A stretch of DNA of 61,603 nt, counting the filler, from Candidatus Delongbacteria bacterium (GTDB lineage Bacteria > UBA4055): the NCBI GenBank assembly GCA_016937995.1. It is 6 parts of 6 records of this genome, joined end to end, with 100 filler letters (N's around TTAATTAATTAA, not from the genome) between each part and the next. Parts side by side here need not be neighbours in the genome. Positions count along the whole stretch, not along the records: positions 1 to 12,901 come from JAFGVM010000084.1; positions 13,002 to 26,311 come from JAFGVM010000085.1; 4 more parts are not named here. One strand, given 5' to 3'. Shown one piece after another: positions 11,209 through 20,695 of the stretch. Position numbers and translations under genes: made by a program. The first letter of the stretch is position 1; the number at the start of each line of letters is the position of its first letter. The notes beneath the pieces were generated by a model, which saw nothing but the letters and a program-made list of their open reading frames with translations, searched no databases and was not told the DNA's origin.

Positions 11209-12825
11209 TTACTTCTTGAAGTTGATAGCAGCTTTAACAAAGTCCTTGAACAGAGGATGAGGTTTTGTCAATCTTGATTTTAATTCCGGATGAAACTGAA
11301 CTCCAACGAACCATGGGTGATCTGCCAGTTCAATAGTTTCAACTAAATTCAACTCCGGATTCTTTCCTGACAATATCAATCCGCAATCCTCTAAAGTATT
11401 TATATAATCGTTATTGACCTCAAATCTATGTCTGTGTCTTTCAGATATGACGTCTTTTTTATATGCTTTATAAAGATTTGTTCCCTTTTCTATCTGACAA
11501 TCAAATGCTCCCAACCGCATTGTACCCCCTTTTTTCTTGATCTTCTTTTGTTCAGCCATAAGATCAATTACAGGATATTTCAATTTCCTGGCAAATTCAG
11601 TACTGTTGGCATTTTTCATTCCACCTACATTTCTTGCATATTCAATAACTGCACACTGCATACCGAGACATATCCCAAAGAAAGGGATATCATTCTCACG
11701 GGCATATTTTACCGCAAGTAATTTTCCTTCTATTCCACGGTCACCGAAACCACCCGGAACCAGTATTCCGTGAACTTCTGACAACATTTCATCAGGACCG
11801 CTGTGTTCAAGCTCTTCGCTGTTTATCCATACGAGTTCAACTTTAGATTTGTTTGCACTTCCAGCATGAATAAATGCCTCTATTATACTTTTATAAGAAT
11901 CTTTCAGACCGATATATTTGCCTACAATACCTATCTTTACTCTATCCACCGGTGTTTTAATATATTTCACGTACTGTTCCCAGGCACTTAAATTGATCTC
12001 TTTTGTCTCTAGTCCTAATTTATCACAAATAATATCATCCAGTTTGTAGTTATGAAATTCAAGAGGTACCTGATATATCGTTGATTGATCTTTTGCTTCA
12101 ATAACGCATCCTTTTTCTACGTTGCAAAATAATGCGATCTTCTCCTTTGCTTCTTTCGGTATGGTTTTTTCTGTTCTTGCTATCAGAATATCGGGCTGGA
12201 TTCCCAGTTCCAGCAGATTTTTTACTGAGTGCTGGGTAGGTTTTGTCTTTAACTCTCCGGCTGCCGCGATGTAAGGCACATATGTCAAATGAACATATAA
12301 AGTATTTTGAACTCCAACATCATACTTGAACTGTCTTATAGATTCAATGAACGGTAAACCTTCAATATCACCAACTGTACCGCCGATCTCTATTATAAGA
12401 GCATCCAGATTACTTTCATTGGCAACAAAAAATATTCTTTCCTTTATCTCATTTGTAATATGAGGGACCACCTGAACCGTTCCTCCCAGATATTCACCTT
12501 TTCTTTCTTTGGTCAGAACTGTATCATAAATTTGTCCGGAAGTAGCGTTATTCATCTTCATCATATTAACATCAATAAATCTTTCATAATGACCAAGATC
12601 AAGATCGGTCTCGGCACCGTCCTCTGTCACAAATACTTCACCATGCTGAGTTGGTGACATTGTTCCGGGATCAAGATTCAGATAAGGATCAAGTTTCAGA
12701 ATGGAAACTTTCAACCCTCTTTGTTTTAGTAATAGACCTATACTTGCTGCTGCAATACCTTTGCCCAACGCAGAAACCACTCCGCCTGTGACGAAGATGT
12801 ATTTTGTTTTAGACTTTTTCACCAT
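11209..12825 (-). CDS. pyrG: CTP synthase
   Basis: GGVVSALGKG, KLDPYLNLDPGTMSP, KTKPTQHS, GICLGMQ and QFHPE motifs. Confidence 0.98.
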   Translation of the reverse strand: MVKKSKTKYIFVTGGVVSALGKGIAAASIGLLLKQRGLKVSILKLDPYLNLDPGTMSPTQHGEVFVTEDGAETDLDLGHYERFIDVNMMKMNNATSGQIYDTVLTKERKGEYLGGTVQVVPHITNEIKERIFFVANESNLDALIIEIGGTVGDIEGLPFIESIRQFKYDVGVQNTLYVHLTYVPYIAAAGELKTKPTQHSVKNLLELGIQPDILIARTEKTIPKEAKEKIALFCNVEKGCVIEAKDQSTIYQVPLEFHNYKLDDIICDKLGLETKEINLSAWEQYVKYIKTPVDRVKIGIVGKYIGLKDSYKSIIEAFIHAGSANKSKVELVWINSEELEHSGPDEMLSEVHGILVPGGFGDRGIEGKLLAVKYARENDIPFFGICLGMQCAVIEYARNVGGMKNANSTEFARKLKYPVIDLMAEQKKIKKKGGTMRLGAFDCQIEKGTNLYKAYKKDVISERHRHRFEVNNDYINTLEDCGLILSGKNPELNLVETIELADHPWFVGVQFHPELKSRLTKPHPLFKDFVKAAINFKK

Positions 12826-13001
12826 TTCAGATACCCCTCTATATTTGAAATATTATTATTTTAGTTTATAGTTTACAGTTGTTAGTTTTTATACCTCATA
12901 CNNNNNNNNNNNNNNNNNNNNNNNNNNNNNNNNNNNNNNNNNNNNTTAATTAATTAANNNNNNNNNNNNNNNNNNNNNNNNNNNNNNNNNNNNNNNNNNN
13001 N

Positions 13002-13088
13002 ACTCTGTTTTCCTGTTTGACATTTCCCCTCCATTTTAGCCTTATATTTGTAATATAACACTTCGTGAGGGGACATATGTCACTATTT
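13002..13088 (-). repeat. 87-bp repeat identical to 57705-57791; possible left end of a multicopy IS (IS3-like) abutting a stop codon
   Basis: Minus strand: AAATAG|TGACATATGTCCCCTC...GGAGGGGAAATGTCAAACAGGAAAACAGAGT, then a contig break. Confidence 0.75.
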
Positions 13089-14165
13089 AACAAAAACCAT
13101 TTTGTTCGTCATAATCATATCATTAGCTTTTAAAGTGTAGTAGTAAACTCCTGCACTTAAGTTTGTTGCATCAAAATCAACTGAGTGGTATCCTGCATCC
13201 ATTTTACCATTAACCAAAGAACTAACAAGCTCTCCAGTGTAATTATAAACATTAAGCTCGGCTATTCCTTCACTCTTCAGAGAGAAGTTTATAGTAGTAG
13301 TCGGGTTAAATGGATTTGGGTAGTTCTGTAAGAGTTCGAAACCGTTTGGAGTGCCTTGATTGTATTGAATCCCACTTGGTGAACCAGGTAGGACTACGGT
13401 AGAAGCATCAAGTGTAACTGCAGCGATCCTGGCTAGTAATCTTCCCTCGATCGTCGCAGCTGTCATCAATGAAATTGCTTGATCAGCCATAATAGTTCCT
13501 TTAAAGATAGAGTAAGAACCTAAAACCGCAGAAGCACCTACCTGCCAGAAAATATTCTCCGCTTTAGCTCCATTGATCAGAATAACCTGTGTTCCTGATG
13601 CAGTATTTAATTCACTGGTAACCATCATAATAAAAACAGCATTTGAATCATTTTGAGCATCAAAAGTAAGATTCCCTGCAGTTATTTCAGCCATTCCGGT
13701 AAACTTATAAAGACCGGGAGCAAGGATCTGATCTCCAAGGTTTCCTGAACCCGGATTTAAAAAATCACCCGTTGGAACCGGTGTTCGTTCAGCAGCATCA
13801 TTATATGCTATGGTTAGATCACCCCGAGCTGTAGCTAACATTGATGCTGATGGCACAGAACCTGCCGGACCGGTAGCATCAACAGTATACATAATCCCGG
13901 TAACTTCATTTAAACCAAATCCAGTAATGTATGATCCTGCAGCGGGACTTAGACCAACATCTCCTGTAATAGCTGATGTTGGAATATTTGAGATCTGTGA
14001 TGCTGCCAGAATTGCGAAACCGGATGTTGATCCCAGATCTACAGGGTCAATTGGTTGAGCTGTTATTGCGACAGGTACAATTAGGATCATCAAGAATGAC
14101 ATTCCTTTTAGAATTTTTTTCCAGCCACTTTTAAGAGCTGCTGTTCTGCATAAGTTGATCTTCAT
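13083..14165 (-). CDS. Ice-binding protein (DUF3494) with T9SS-type C-terminal domain
   Basis: FAILAAS..SN.PTS.ITGDVGLSPAAGSYITG, LAPGLYK and ENIFWQVG motifs; C-terminal LLQNYPNPFNPTT. Start placed after the GAGAGGA RBS. Confidence 0.9.
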   Translation of the reverse strand: MKINLCRTAALKSGWKKILKGMSFLMILIVPVAITAQPIDPVDLGSTSGFAILAASQISNIPTSAITGDVGLSPAAGSYITGFGLNEVTGIMYTVDATGPAGSVPSASMLATARGDLTIAYNDAAERTPVPTGDFLNPGSGNLGDQILAPGLYKFTGMAEITAGNLTFDAQNDSNAVFIMMVTSELNTASGTQVILINGAKAENIFWQVGASAVLGSYSIFKGTIMADQAISLMTAATIEGRLLARIAAVTLDASTVVLPGSPSGIQYNQGTPNGFELLQNYPNPFNPTTTINFSLKSEGIAELNVYNYTGELVSSLVNGKMDAGYHSVDFDATNLSAGVYYYTLKANDMIMTNKMVFVK

Positions 14166-14211
14166 TATATTCCTCTCTGTTTTTGTTAATAAATTGATAT
14201 TGATCACATGC

Positions 14212-15018
14212 TTACGGGTTAACCACTGTAGAAGCATCAATTGTTACCGCAGCACTAAAGGCTAACAATTTACCCACAATTGACGCACCTGTTTCTAAAG
14301 AAATTGATTGCTCGGCCATAATAATTCCTTTGAAAACAGATCCAGTTCCTAGAGTTGCCGATGTACCGACCTGCCAGAAAATGTTCCCTGCTTGTGCACC
14401 ATCGCTCAAAATAACTTGTCTTCCAGATGTTGTTGTTAATGTCGACGCTATCTGAATAATAAAAACAGCAGCTGAGTTACCTTCGGCATCGAAAGTTAGA
14501 TCTCCGGATGATATTTCAAGGGATCCGCTCGATTTATAAAGACCCGGTGTTAAAGTCAATCCACCGATATTTCCGGCAAGAAGTACCATATCTGTTGAAG
14601 TTCTTCCGGCAGCATCATTATATGCTATTGTTAAATCACCCTTGGCTGATGTAAGCCCTGCAACATCTACCACAGAACCTGCCGGACCTGTTGCATCAGT
14701 CGTATAAATTGTTCCGGTAACTTCTGTTGCGCCAAATCCTGAAATATATGAACCTGCGGCCGGACTTAATCCGATATTTCCTAAAATTACAGATGTAGGA
14801 ATATTTGAGAGTAAAGAACCTGCCAGAATTACAAAATTATCATTTGAACTTAAAATCACTGTTTCCTGTATTGTAGTTTGATGAGGTATGGTTACATCGT
14901 CATTTGAATCCTCCTCCTCATCAGAGCATCCTGTAGCAACAAGAAACATTAGCATCATCATTGCAATTATAGCATTTTTTAGTGAAATACTTGTGAGATT
15001 TATCAGTCTTTTTTCCAT
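14212..15018 (-). CDS. Ice-binding family (DUF3494) lipoprotein
   Basis: Lipobox VATGC; GNIGLSPAAGS, LTPGLYKS and GNIFWQVGTSATLGT; paralogue of the adjacent gene. Confidence 0.9.
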   Translation of the reverse strand: MEKRLINLTSISLKNAIIAMMMLMFLVATGCSDEEEDSNDDVTIPHQTTIQETVILSSNDNFVILAGSLLSNIPTSVILGNIGLSPAAGSYISGFGATEVTGTIYTTDATGPAGSVVDVAGLTSAKGDLTIAYNDAAGRTSTDMVLLAGNIGGLTLTPGLYKSSGSLEISSGDLTFDAEGNSAAVFIIQIASTLTTTSGRQVILSDGAQAGNIFWQVGTSATLGTGSVFKGIIMAEQSISLETGASIVGKLLAFSAAVTIDASTVVNP

Positions 15019-15054
15019 AATAATTTCCCTCCTCATTAAGTTTTAAAAATATGT

Positions 15055-15345
15055 TTATTTAGTTTGTGTTTTTGTTTTCAGTTTTTTTATTTTCGTATCT
15101 GTTTTTGTTTTCAGTTTACTTAATTTATCATTTGCAGTTTTTAACAAATCAACTGTTTTGTTATACTTTGTGATCATTATCTTCGCATCTTCATGTGCTA
15201 TACCCAGTTTCTCTTGAAGAGCACCCACAAGTTGCTGATATTTGCCAGCGATAGCGGCCAGCTCATCGTTCATCAAACTGCCCCAGTCATTCATCGCTTT
15301 TCCTCTTTGTTGTTTCCATTTGCCTTCTACACTATCCCAGTTCAT
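15055..15345 (-). CDS. csbD: CsbD-family general stress protein
   Basis: MNWD.VEGKWKQ..GK....WG.L..DEL..IAGK..QLVG.LQEK.G pattern. Confidence 0.85.
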   Translation of the reverse strand: MNWDSVEGKWKQQRGKAMNDWGSLMNDELAAIAGKYQQLVGALQEKLGIAHEDAKIMITKYNKTVDLLKTANDKLSKLKTKTDTKIKKLKTKTQTK

Positions 15346-15434
15346 CTTATGGACCTCTTATTTTAATTTTTTGTAAGGATATTTCCAGTGTGCAATAAAT
15401 TTTAGAATTTGATAAAGATTTTATGCACTTAATT

Positions 15435-15497
15435 CAATGTACAGTTAATTGCATAGAAGAACAATCGCCCAAAGGGATGAAAAAGTAGTTAATCCTT
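15435..15497 (-). promoter_or_regulatory. 63-bp duplicated upstream element, copy A (upstream of csbD and the IBP genes)
   Basis: Identical to 16939-17001. Confidence 0.75.
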
Positions 15498-15534
15498 TTA
15501 TAAAGTATAAGTTGGTTATTTTTTAGGTGAAGAG

Positions 15535-16008
15535 TTAAAAATAGAATCTTAACCCAAGTGCAGCATCAATAGCAAAATTTGTCGAAGGTGTCAGTTCCAA
15601 AGATGGAGCAACTTCGAGAAAAATATCGATCGGTGTTTCATGAGGTAACCATAATATTCCGAATACACCACGAACCGCGATTGAGCCTTCATCCTTATGA
15701 CTGTTAAAACGCCCGCCTATTCCATAATATAGTGGGAAGCGTTCTGTAGAGTTGATAGCATTAAAGGAATGCCACAAATAATCCATGTGAAAATGAATGT
15801 TGTCACCTGAATCATTTTTATCATTTTCAATAAACGACCATCCCAGAGCAAAATCCAATGCAGTTCTTTTAGATGTCCATAATTTCGCACTGATGCCTGT
15901 TGGTTCACCTATGATTATACCCAGACCAAATCCTTTTTCCTGAGCTTTTGCAAGGTTAATTATCGTCAGCAGTAAAATTACTGTGAATAGTATTTTGAAT
16001 TGTTTCAT
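15535..16008 (-). CDS. Small outer-membrane beta-barrel protein (DUF3996-like)
   Basis: Signal peptide; FGLGIIIGEPTGISAKLW; C-terminal aromatic GLRFYF. Confidence 0.7.
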   Translation of the reverse strand: MKQFKILFTVILLLTIINLAKAQEKGFGLGIIIGEPTGISAKLWTSKRTALDFALGWSFIENDKNDSGDNIHFHMDYLWHSFNAINSTERFPLYYGIGGRFNSHKDEGSIAVRGVFGILWLPHETPIDIFLEVAPSLELTPSTNFAIDAALGLRFYF

Positions 16009-16080
16009 TTTTCGATCCTTTTTATTTAAAAATTTAAAACTTTAGTGCATAAAGTCTTAGATATTTATTTAACACGCCTG

Positions 16081-16887
16081 TTATTTAACAACTACTTCAA
16101 AAAGTACTCTCATGTTTGCTTGTGCCTCTTCAGACTTGATATCTTCCGGTATTGGTTCATATAAAGCAGATCTATTTTCACCGTATCCTATCATTTCGAG
16201 TCTCTCAAGTTTTATTCCACCTTCTTCATAGATGTATGTCACGACTGTATTTGCTCTTCTTTCACTCAGTTCCTGGTTATATTCCTCTGTTCCGGAAGCT
16301 GATGTATAGCCTGCAATACGGACTTTAATATCCGGATTTTCTTTAAGGATCTTGATATTAACTTTCAGTGCTTTTTTTCCTTCATCGGTAAGCGTAGCAT
16401 CATTGAACTTGAAATGTGTATCCTTTAGCATTACGAGTTTGTTAATTACTATCACCTGAGTATCAGTCACAATTTCAGGTATTGAGTCTGTCTTAAAACT
16501 CCAGTAGAAATTGTCAGCAAGAGTATTACCTGCGATATCCTTAACACCAGTAGAAATTTTACCAATATATTTAGTGTTCGGGATTAGATCACTAGCCTTA
16601 GTGAATGTGGCAGATGTACTTGTTGTTGCCAAAACATTCCCTGATATAAGTTCAAGAGATTCGCCCTGAAATACCTCGAATGTTTTAGAGTTTATAGTTT
16701 TCACATCAATAGGCTCGCTGAATGCAACACGTATTTTTGTGTGTAGCGGTACTCCCTGAGTAGCATGGTAAGGTACCATAAGAGTTACAAACGGTGGTGT
16801 AATGTCTTTGATCTGTCTTGTAGATGCACATGAACCAATAAAAGCTGTCAGTGCGATGATGGCAGATAATTTTAAAAACTTGATCAT
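16081..16887 (-). CDS. Lipoprotein with a bacterial Ig-like domain and an OmpA peptidoglycan-binding domain
   Basis: Lipobox IGSC; D.TPP..., FSEPID, VKDIAGNTL; IAGYT...G.EEYNQELSERRA. Confidence 0.85.
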   Translation of the reverse strand: MIKFLKLSAIIALTAFIGSCASTRQIKDITPPFVTLMVPYHATQGVPLHTKIRVAFSEPIDVKTINSKTFEVFQGESLELISGNVLATTSTSATFTKASDLIPNTKYIGKISTGVKDIAGNTLADNFYWSFKTDSIPEIVTDTQVIVINKLVMLKDTHFKFNDATLTDEGKKALKVNIKILKENPDIKVRIAGYTSASGTEEYNQELSERRANTVVTYIYEEGGIKLERLEMIGYGENRSALYEPIPEDIKSEEAQANMRVLFEVVVK

Positions 16888-16938
16888 ACGATACCTCCTA
16901 ATTTAATATGTTTAAAATGCTTAAGACCGCATTAAAAA

Positions 16939-17001
16939 CAATGTACAGTTAATTGCATAGAAGAACAATCGCCCAAAGGGATGAAAAAGTAGTTAATCCT
17001 T
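16939..17001 (-). promoter_or_regulatory. 63-bp duplicated upstream element, copy B (upstream of the OmpA lipoprotein gene)
   Basis: Identical to 15435-15497; ends in a -10-like TACATT on the minus strand. Confidence 0.75.
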
Positions 17002-17026
17002 AAATATTTAATTGGTATATGTTAAA

Positions 17027-17680
17027 TCAAGTGTCTGAAATGTTCTGTGCGTAATTTGAGATCTGAAGACGACTGGATAAAGCCAATTTCTCAAGAATGT
17101 TATGAACATGGCTTTTGACAGTGTATGTTGCAATATTTAGCTCATTGGCGATATCTTTATTGCTGCCACCTTCAACGATCAGGGCAATAATTTCTTTCTC
17201 ACGCTTGGTCATTCGAACAGCTTCACTTATTTTAATTTCTCCTTTCATAATAACATTTTCTGCTACCTGAAAAAAGAGTGAGGCTGCCATTGGTGGGGGT
17301 AGTATAGTTTTACCTTCGCTTGTTGATCTTATAGTTCTGATCAGATCTTCAACAGATGCGGTTTTTAAGATAAAACCATCAGCACCACCCTGAACAAAAG
17401 ATAGTATATCTGATTGTGTAGGTACAAGACCCATCCCGATGACTTTGATTTTTGGGATGTCATTTTTTAAGGATTTCAACACATCCAGACTGTTTTGATT
17501 CTGTAAACTGAAATCCAGAAGCACGATATCGGGTTTAGATCGAGTAGCTCTTTTAAGAGCAGTATCTCCATCTTGAACTGCACCAACAACGGAAATATCA
17601 GGTTTTTGTTTTAGCAACGAAGCTAGTCCTAAACGTAAAATCTTATTATCTTCTATTATGAGTACTTTGATCTTAGACAT
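17027..17680 (-). CDS. NarL/LuxR-family response regulator
   Basis: REC domain (VLIIED, PDIVLLD, GADGFILK) plus LuxR HTH (MTKREKEI..LI..G.SNKDIA..L.I...TVKSHV). Confidence 0.92.
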   Translation of the reverse strand: MSKIKVLIIEDNKILRLGLASLLKQKPDISVVGAVQDGDTALKRATRSKPDIVLLDFSLQNQNSLDVLKSLKNDIPKIKVIGMGLVPTQSDILSFVQGGADGFILKTASVEDLIRTIRSTSEGKTILPPPMAASLFFQVAENVIMKGEIKISEAVRMTKREKEIIALIVEGGSNKDIANELNIATYTVKSHVHNILEKLALSSRLQISNYAQNISDT

Positions 17681-17868
17681 GCTGGCCAATCCTTAATGGT
17701 ATGAATAGTATTTTGAGCAGTAAAAAATAACATAGTTTTAATCAAGAAAGGTATTTGAACTTCTTCTATAGTCACCTTACTCTGATCGATCTCTTACTAT
17801 TTAACCACTCAATTATTTGGTTACTTTAAATCACCAAACGTTGTCAATATAGTCTATTATTACTATTT

Positions 17869-19350
17869 CTACAAGATATATTTGAACACGTTCCTGAAAT
17901 GGTATCCATAGATCGAATATGTGATGGCCAAAGAGAAAAATTTTGGTTTCCTGAATATGGTCCAAATTAGTAATCTCCAATAATAAAACCTTGATCTATC
18001 AACTATTCCAATAAACCAAACTGACTTGAATAATGCCTTTATATGAGTAATATCTAAATTTAATTTGAATTTATTCTTAGGTTTAAACTCTCTGAAAAAT
18101 TGCTTGACCCTTTCATTGTATGGTTTTGAAGAATATATTCCGTCAATGATCTTTTTATATCCTGCAATTAATTTATCGTAAGATAATTTAGGAATAAAGT
18201 TCATTGTCATATCAACATTGTCACCGGTGATCTCATTGAGCAGTCTGTTCTCTTCATTCATACGTTCATAGAGTTTTGATCCCTTGGGAGCGTTCAGCAA
18301 TCCGACCATGGCAGTAATAATACCGCTTTTCTGAATGAGATCTGTCTGAGCTTTAAATATCGAGTTCGTGTCATTGTCAAAACCAACAATAAATCCACCT
18401 GTAACCTCAATCCCGAAATTCTGCATTTTATTTATGCAGGAGATCAGATCCCTATTTTTATTCTGTACTTTTTTGCACTCGTTCAGGCTGTCTTCATTCG
18501 GAGTTTCCACACCAACAAAAAGTGTATTCAATCCCATCTTTACCATTGCTCTCATAAGATCTTCATCATCTGCAATATCAAGTGATGCCTGAGTACTAAA
18601 AGAGAACGGGTATTTTTGAGCGATCATCCATTTTGTTATCGCAGGTATTATATTTTCTTTCAATTTCTTTTTATTACCAATGAAATTATCATCTGCAAAG
18701 AACAGATTTCCTCTCCATCCGCAAAGATACAGTCTGTCCAATTCAGCGATGAGCTGCTCTATCTTTTTTGTTCTGAATTTATGCCCGAACAAACTTGTAA
18801 TATTACAGAATTCACAGTTATAAGGGCAACCTCTTGAATATTGAATGCTCATAGAAGCATATTTCTTCATGTTCAATAAATCCCATCTCGGGACTGGAGA
18901 TCTTTCTATATCTGCAAATTCGTTAGTTGAATATAAATGTTTAGTTTGCCCTTTTTTCAGATCTTTTAAAAACTCAGGGAAAGTAATTTCAGCTTCATTC
19001 AGAATCAAATGGTCAACTTCATTAAAATCTTCAGGCTCTGAAGTGAACAATGGTCCTCCTGCAATTATCCTAATACCTCTTTTAATACATCTGCTTATAA
19101 CGTCAAACACTGATTTTTTCTGAATTATCATTGCGCTTATAAGCACAATATCGATCCCGTCTAAATCGGAATCTTTTAAGGGTGTTACGTTCATATCAAT
19201 CAACCTTGTCTTATAGTTAGCCGGTAACATTGCAGCTATGGTAACTAATCCCAACGGAGGATGAGTTGCTTTTTTAGATATGAATTTTAACGCAAATTTG
19301 AAACTCCAGAACGTATCCGGAAACTTTGGATAAATTAATAAGGTATTCAT
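17869..19350 (-). CDS. B12-binding radical SAM protein (DUF4070)
   Basis: YPKFPDTFWSF, PPLGL, SRGCPYNCEFC (CxxxCxxC), DDNFIG and GFIVGFDND. Confidence 0.9.
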   Translation of the reverse strand: MNTLLIYPKFPDTFWSFKFALKFISKKATHPPLGLVTIAAMLPANYKTRLIDMNVTPLKDSDLDGIDIVLISAMIIQKKSVFDVISRCIKRGIRIIAGGPLFTSEPEDFNEVDHLILNEAEITFPEFLKDLKKGQTKHLYSTNEFADIERSPVPRWDLLNMKKYASMSIQYSRGCPYNCEFCNITSLFGHKFRTKKIEQLIAELDRLYLCGWRGNLFFADDNFIGNKKKLKENIIPAITKWMIAQKYPFSFSTQASLDIADDEDLMRAMVKMGLNTLFVGVETPNEDSLNECKKVQNKNRDLISCINKMQNFGIEVTGGFIVGFDNDTNSIFKAQTDLIQKSGIITAMVGLLNAPKGSKLYERMNEENRLLNEITGDNVDMTMNFIPKLSYDKLIAGYKKIIDGIYSSKPYNERVKQFFREFKPKNKFKLNLDITHIKALFKSVWFIGIVDRSRFYYWRLLIWTIFRKPKFFSLAITYSIYGYHFRNVFKYIL

Positions 19351-19607
19351 CGTAAACTGCCTTTACTTGGGAATTAAAGTTTAGAAGGGTTGATTATTAT
19401 TCTGAGGTAGGATGGATTAGGCATGTTGAGTCAGGATCATAAGGAATCCTCTATACTGTAATATAATCATTTTTTTGTTATTTTCATAGATAAATAATTA
19501 ATATTTTTGATAACATATGCGATTATTTCTATATATAGAACATGAAAAAGAGAGCATCTGTTCTCTTTTATATTTGTGTTTATTTTCCTGTATAATTAAA
19601 GTATCTT

Positions 19608-19685
19608 GTAGGGGAAGGCTGCTATGCCTTTCTACAAAGAAAAAAAGAAGATTGCCACTCCCGATAAATCGGGATCGCAATGACA
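19608..19685 (+). repeat. REP-like palindromes (GTAG type and GATTGC...TCGCAATGAC type)
   Basis: GTAGGGGAAGGC..GCCTTTCTAC, then GATTGCCAC-TCCCGAT/ATCGGGA-TCGCAATGAC. Related copies at 25428 and 37660. Confidence 0.65.
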
Positions 19686-19701
19686 ACGTAAAGGAAATAC
19701 A

Positions 19702-20544
19702 ATGATAGAAATCGGAAAGATGATAAATATTAAAGCTATAAGAAAGTCTGAGAACGGTATGTATCTTGACGGGGGAGAATCGGGAGAGATCCTGTTGCCG
19801 AATAGATATGTTCCTGAAGGATTCGATGTTTACGATGAAATAGAAGTATTCATATATCACGACCACGAGAAGAGACTTACAGCTACCACAATTGTACCTA
19901 AAATCCAGGTGGGTGAATATGCTTATTTAAAAGTTGTGTCGGTCAGCAAGATAGGAGCATTTATGAACTGGGGTCTGCAAAAAGATCTATTTGTTCCTTA
20001 TGCGGAGCAGAATGTGGATTTTAATGAAGGTGAATCTCATCTGATCTATGCTTTTATTGATGAAATGACCGGCAGAATAACAGGATCATCAAAGATAAAT
20101 AAATATTTAGAAATGACACCAAAGGATTTTCTGGCAGGTAATGAAGTAGAAATTCTTATCTGTAATAAAACTGACATAGGCTACAATGTTATCGTTAATA
20201 ACAGATGCTGGGGGTTGATCCATAAAACGGATGTATTGACAGATATCAAAACCGGTCTTAAAATGAAAGCTTATGTCAAAGATGTCAGAGAAGGCAGTAA
20301 AATAGATATTTCTATTCAGAAACCCGGATTCAAATATGTCTACGAATTGACAGATATGATACTTGACAAGATCAAAGAAAACAGCGGATCATTAACAATT
20401 ACTGATAAAAGTTCACCTGAAGAGATCTTCGCAATGTTCAAGGTAAGTAAAAAGGTTTACAAGAAGTCTATTGGAGCTTTGTATAAGCAGAGGTTGATAA
20501 AATTTTCCGATGGAAAAATTTTATCAACAATTGACAATGCATAA
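19702..20544 (+). CDS. cvfB: CvfB-family S1 RNA-binding protein
   Basis: G.YLD...EILLP, GAFMNWGLQKDLFVP, TDKSSPEEI...F.VSKK.YKK.IG.LYK. Confidence 0.88.
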   Translation: MIEIGKMINIKAIRKSENGMYLDGGESGEILLPNRYVPEGFDVYDEIEVFIYHDHEKRLTATTIVPKIQVGEYAYLKVVSVSKIGAFMNWGLQKDLFVPYAEQNVDFNEGESHLIYAFIDEMTGRITGSSKINKYLEMTPKDFLAGNEVEILICNKTDIGYNVIVNNRCWGLIHKTDVLTDIKTGLKMKAYVKDVREGSKIDISIQKPGFKYVYELTDMILDKIKENSGSLTITDKSSPEEIFAMFKVSKKVYKKSIGALYKQRLIKFSDGKILSTIDNA

Positions 20545-20550
20545 TCGAAT

Positions 20551-20655
20551 AACCAATATCCAACAAGGAATGTCCAATCATGAAGTAGGGGCGTAACACT
20601 TTACGCCCATCAACACGTTTAAAAATGGATACCCGGATCAAGTCCGAGTATGTCA
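20551..20655 (+). repeat. Cluster of heptamer repeats and REP-like palindromes
   Basis: GTAGGGGCGTAA..TTACGCCC (20585-20608) and TGGATACCCGGATCAAGTCCGAGTATGTCA (20626-20655, near-identical to 24017-24046). Confidence 0.65.
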
Positions 20656-20695
20656 GTAGTGATGAACCCATGTGTTCATCTGACAGGGGAAATAA

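Noticed and set aside
12902-13001. N-TTAATTAATTAA-N blocks (also 26312, 41057, 51497, 57605)
   Set aside because: Artificial contig linkers with stops in all frames, not biological repeats.
19498-19866. ORFs 19498-19866 (-) and 19517-19705 (+)
   Set aside because: They run through REP elements or lie antisense to cvfB.
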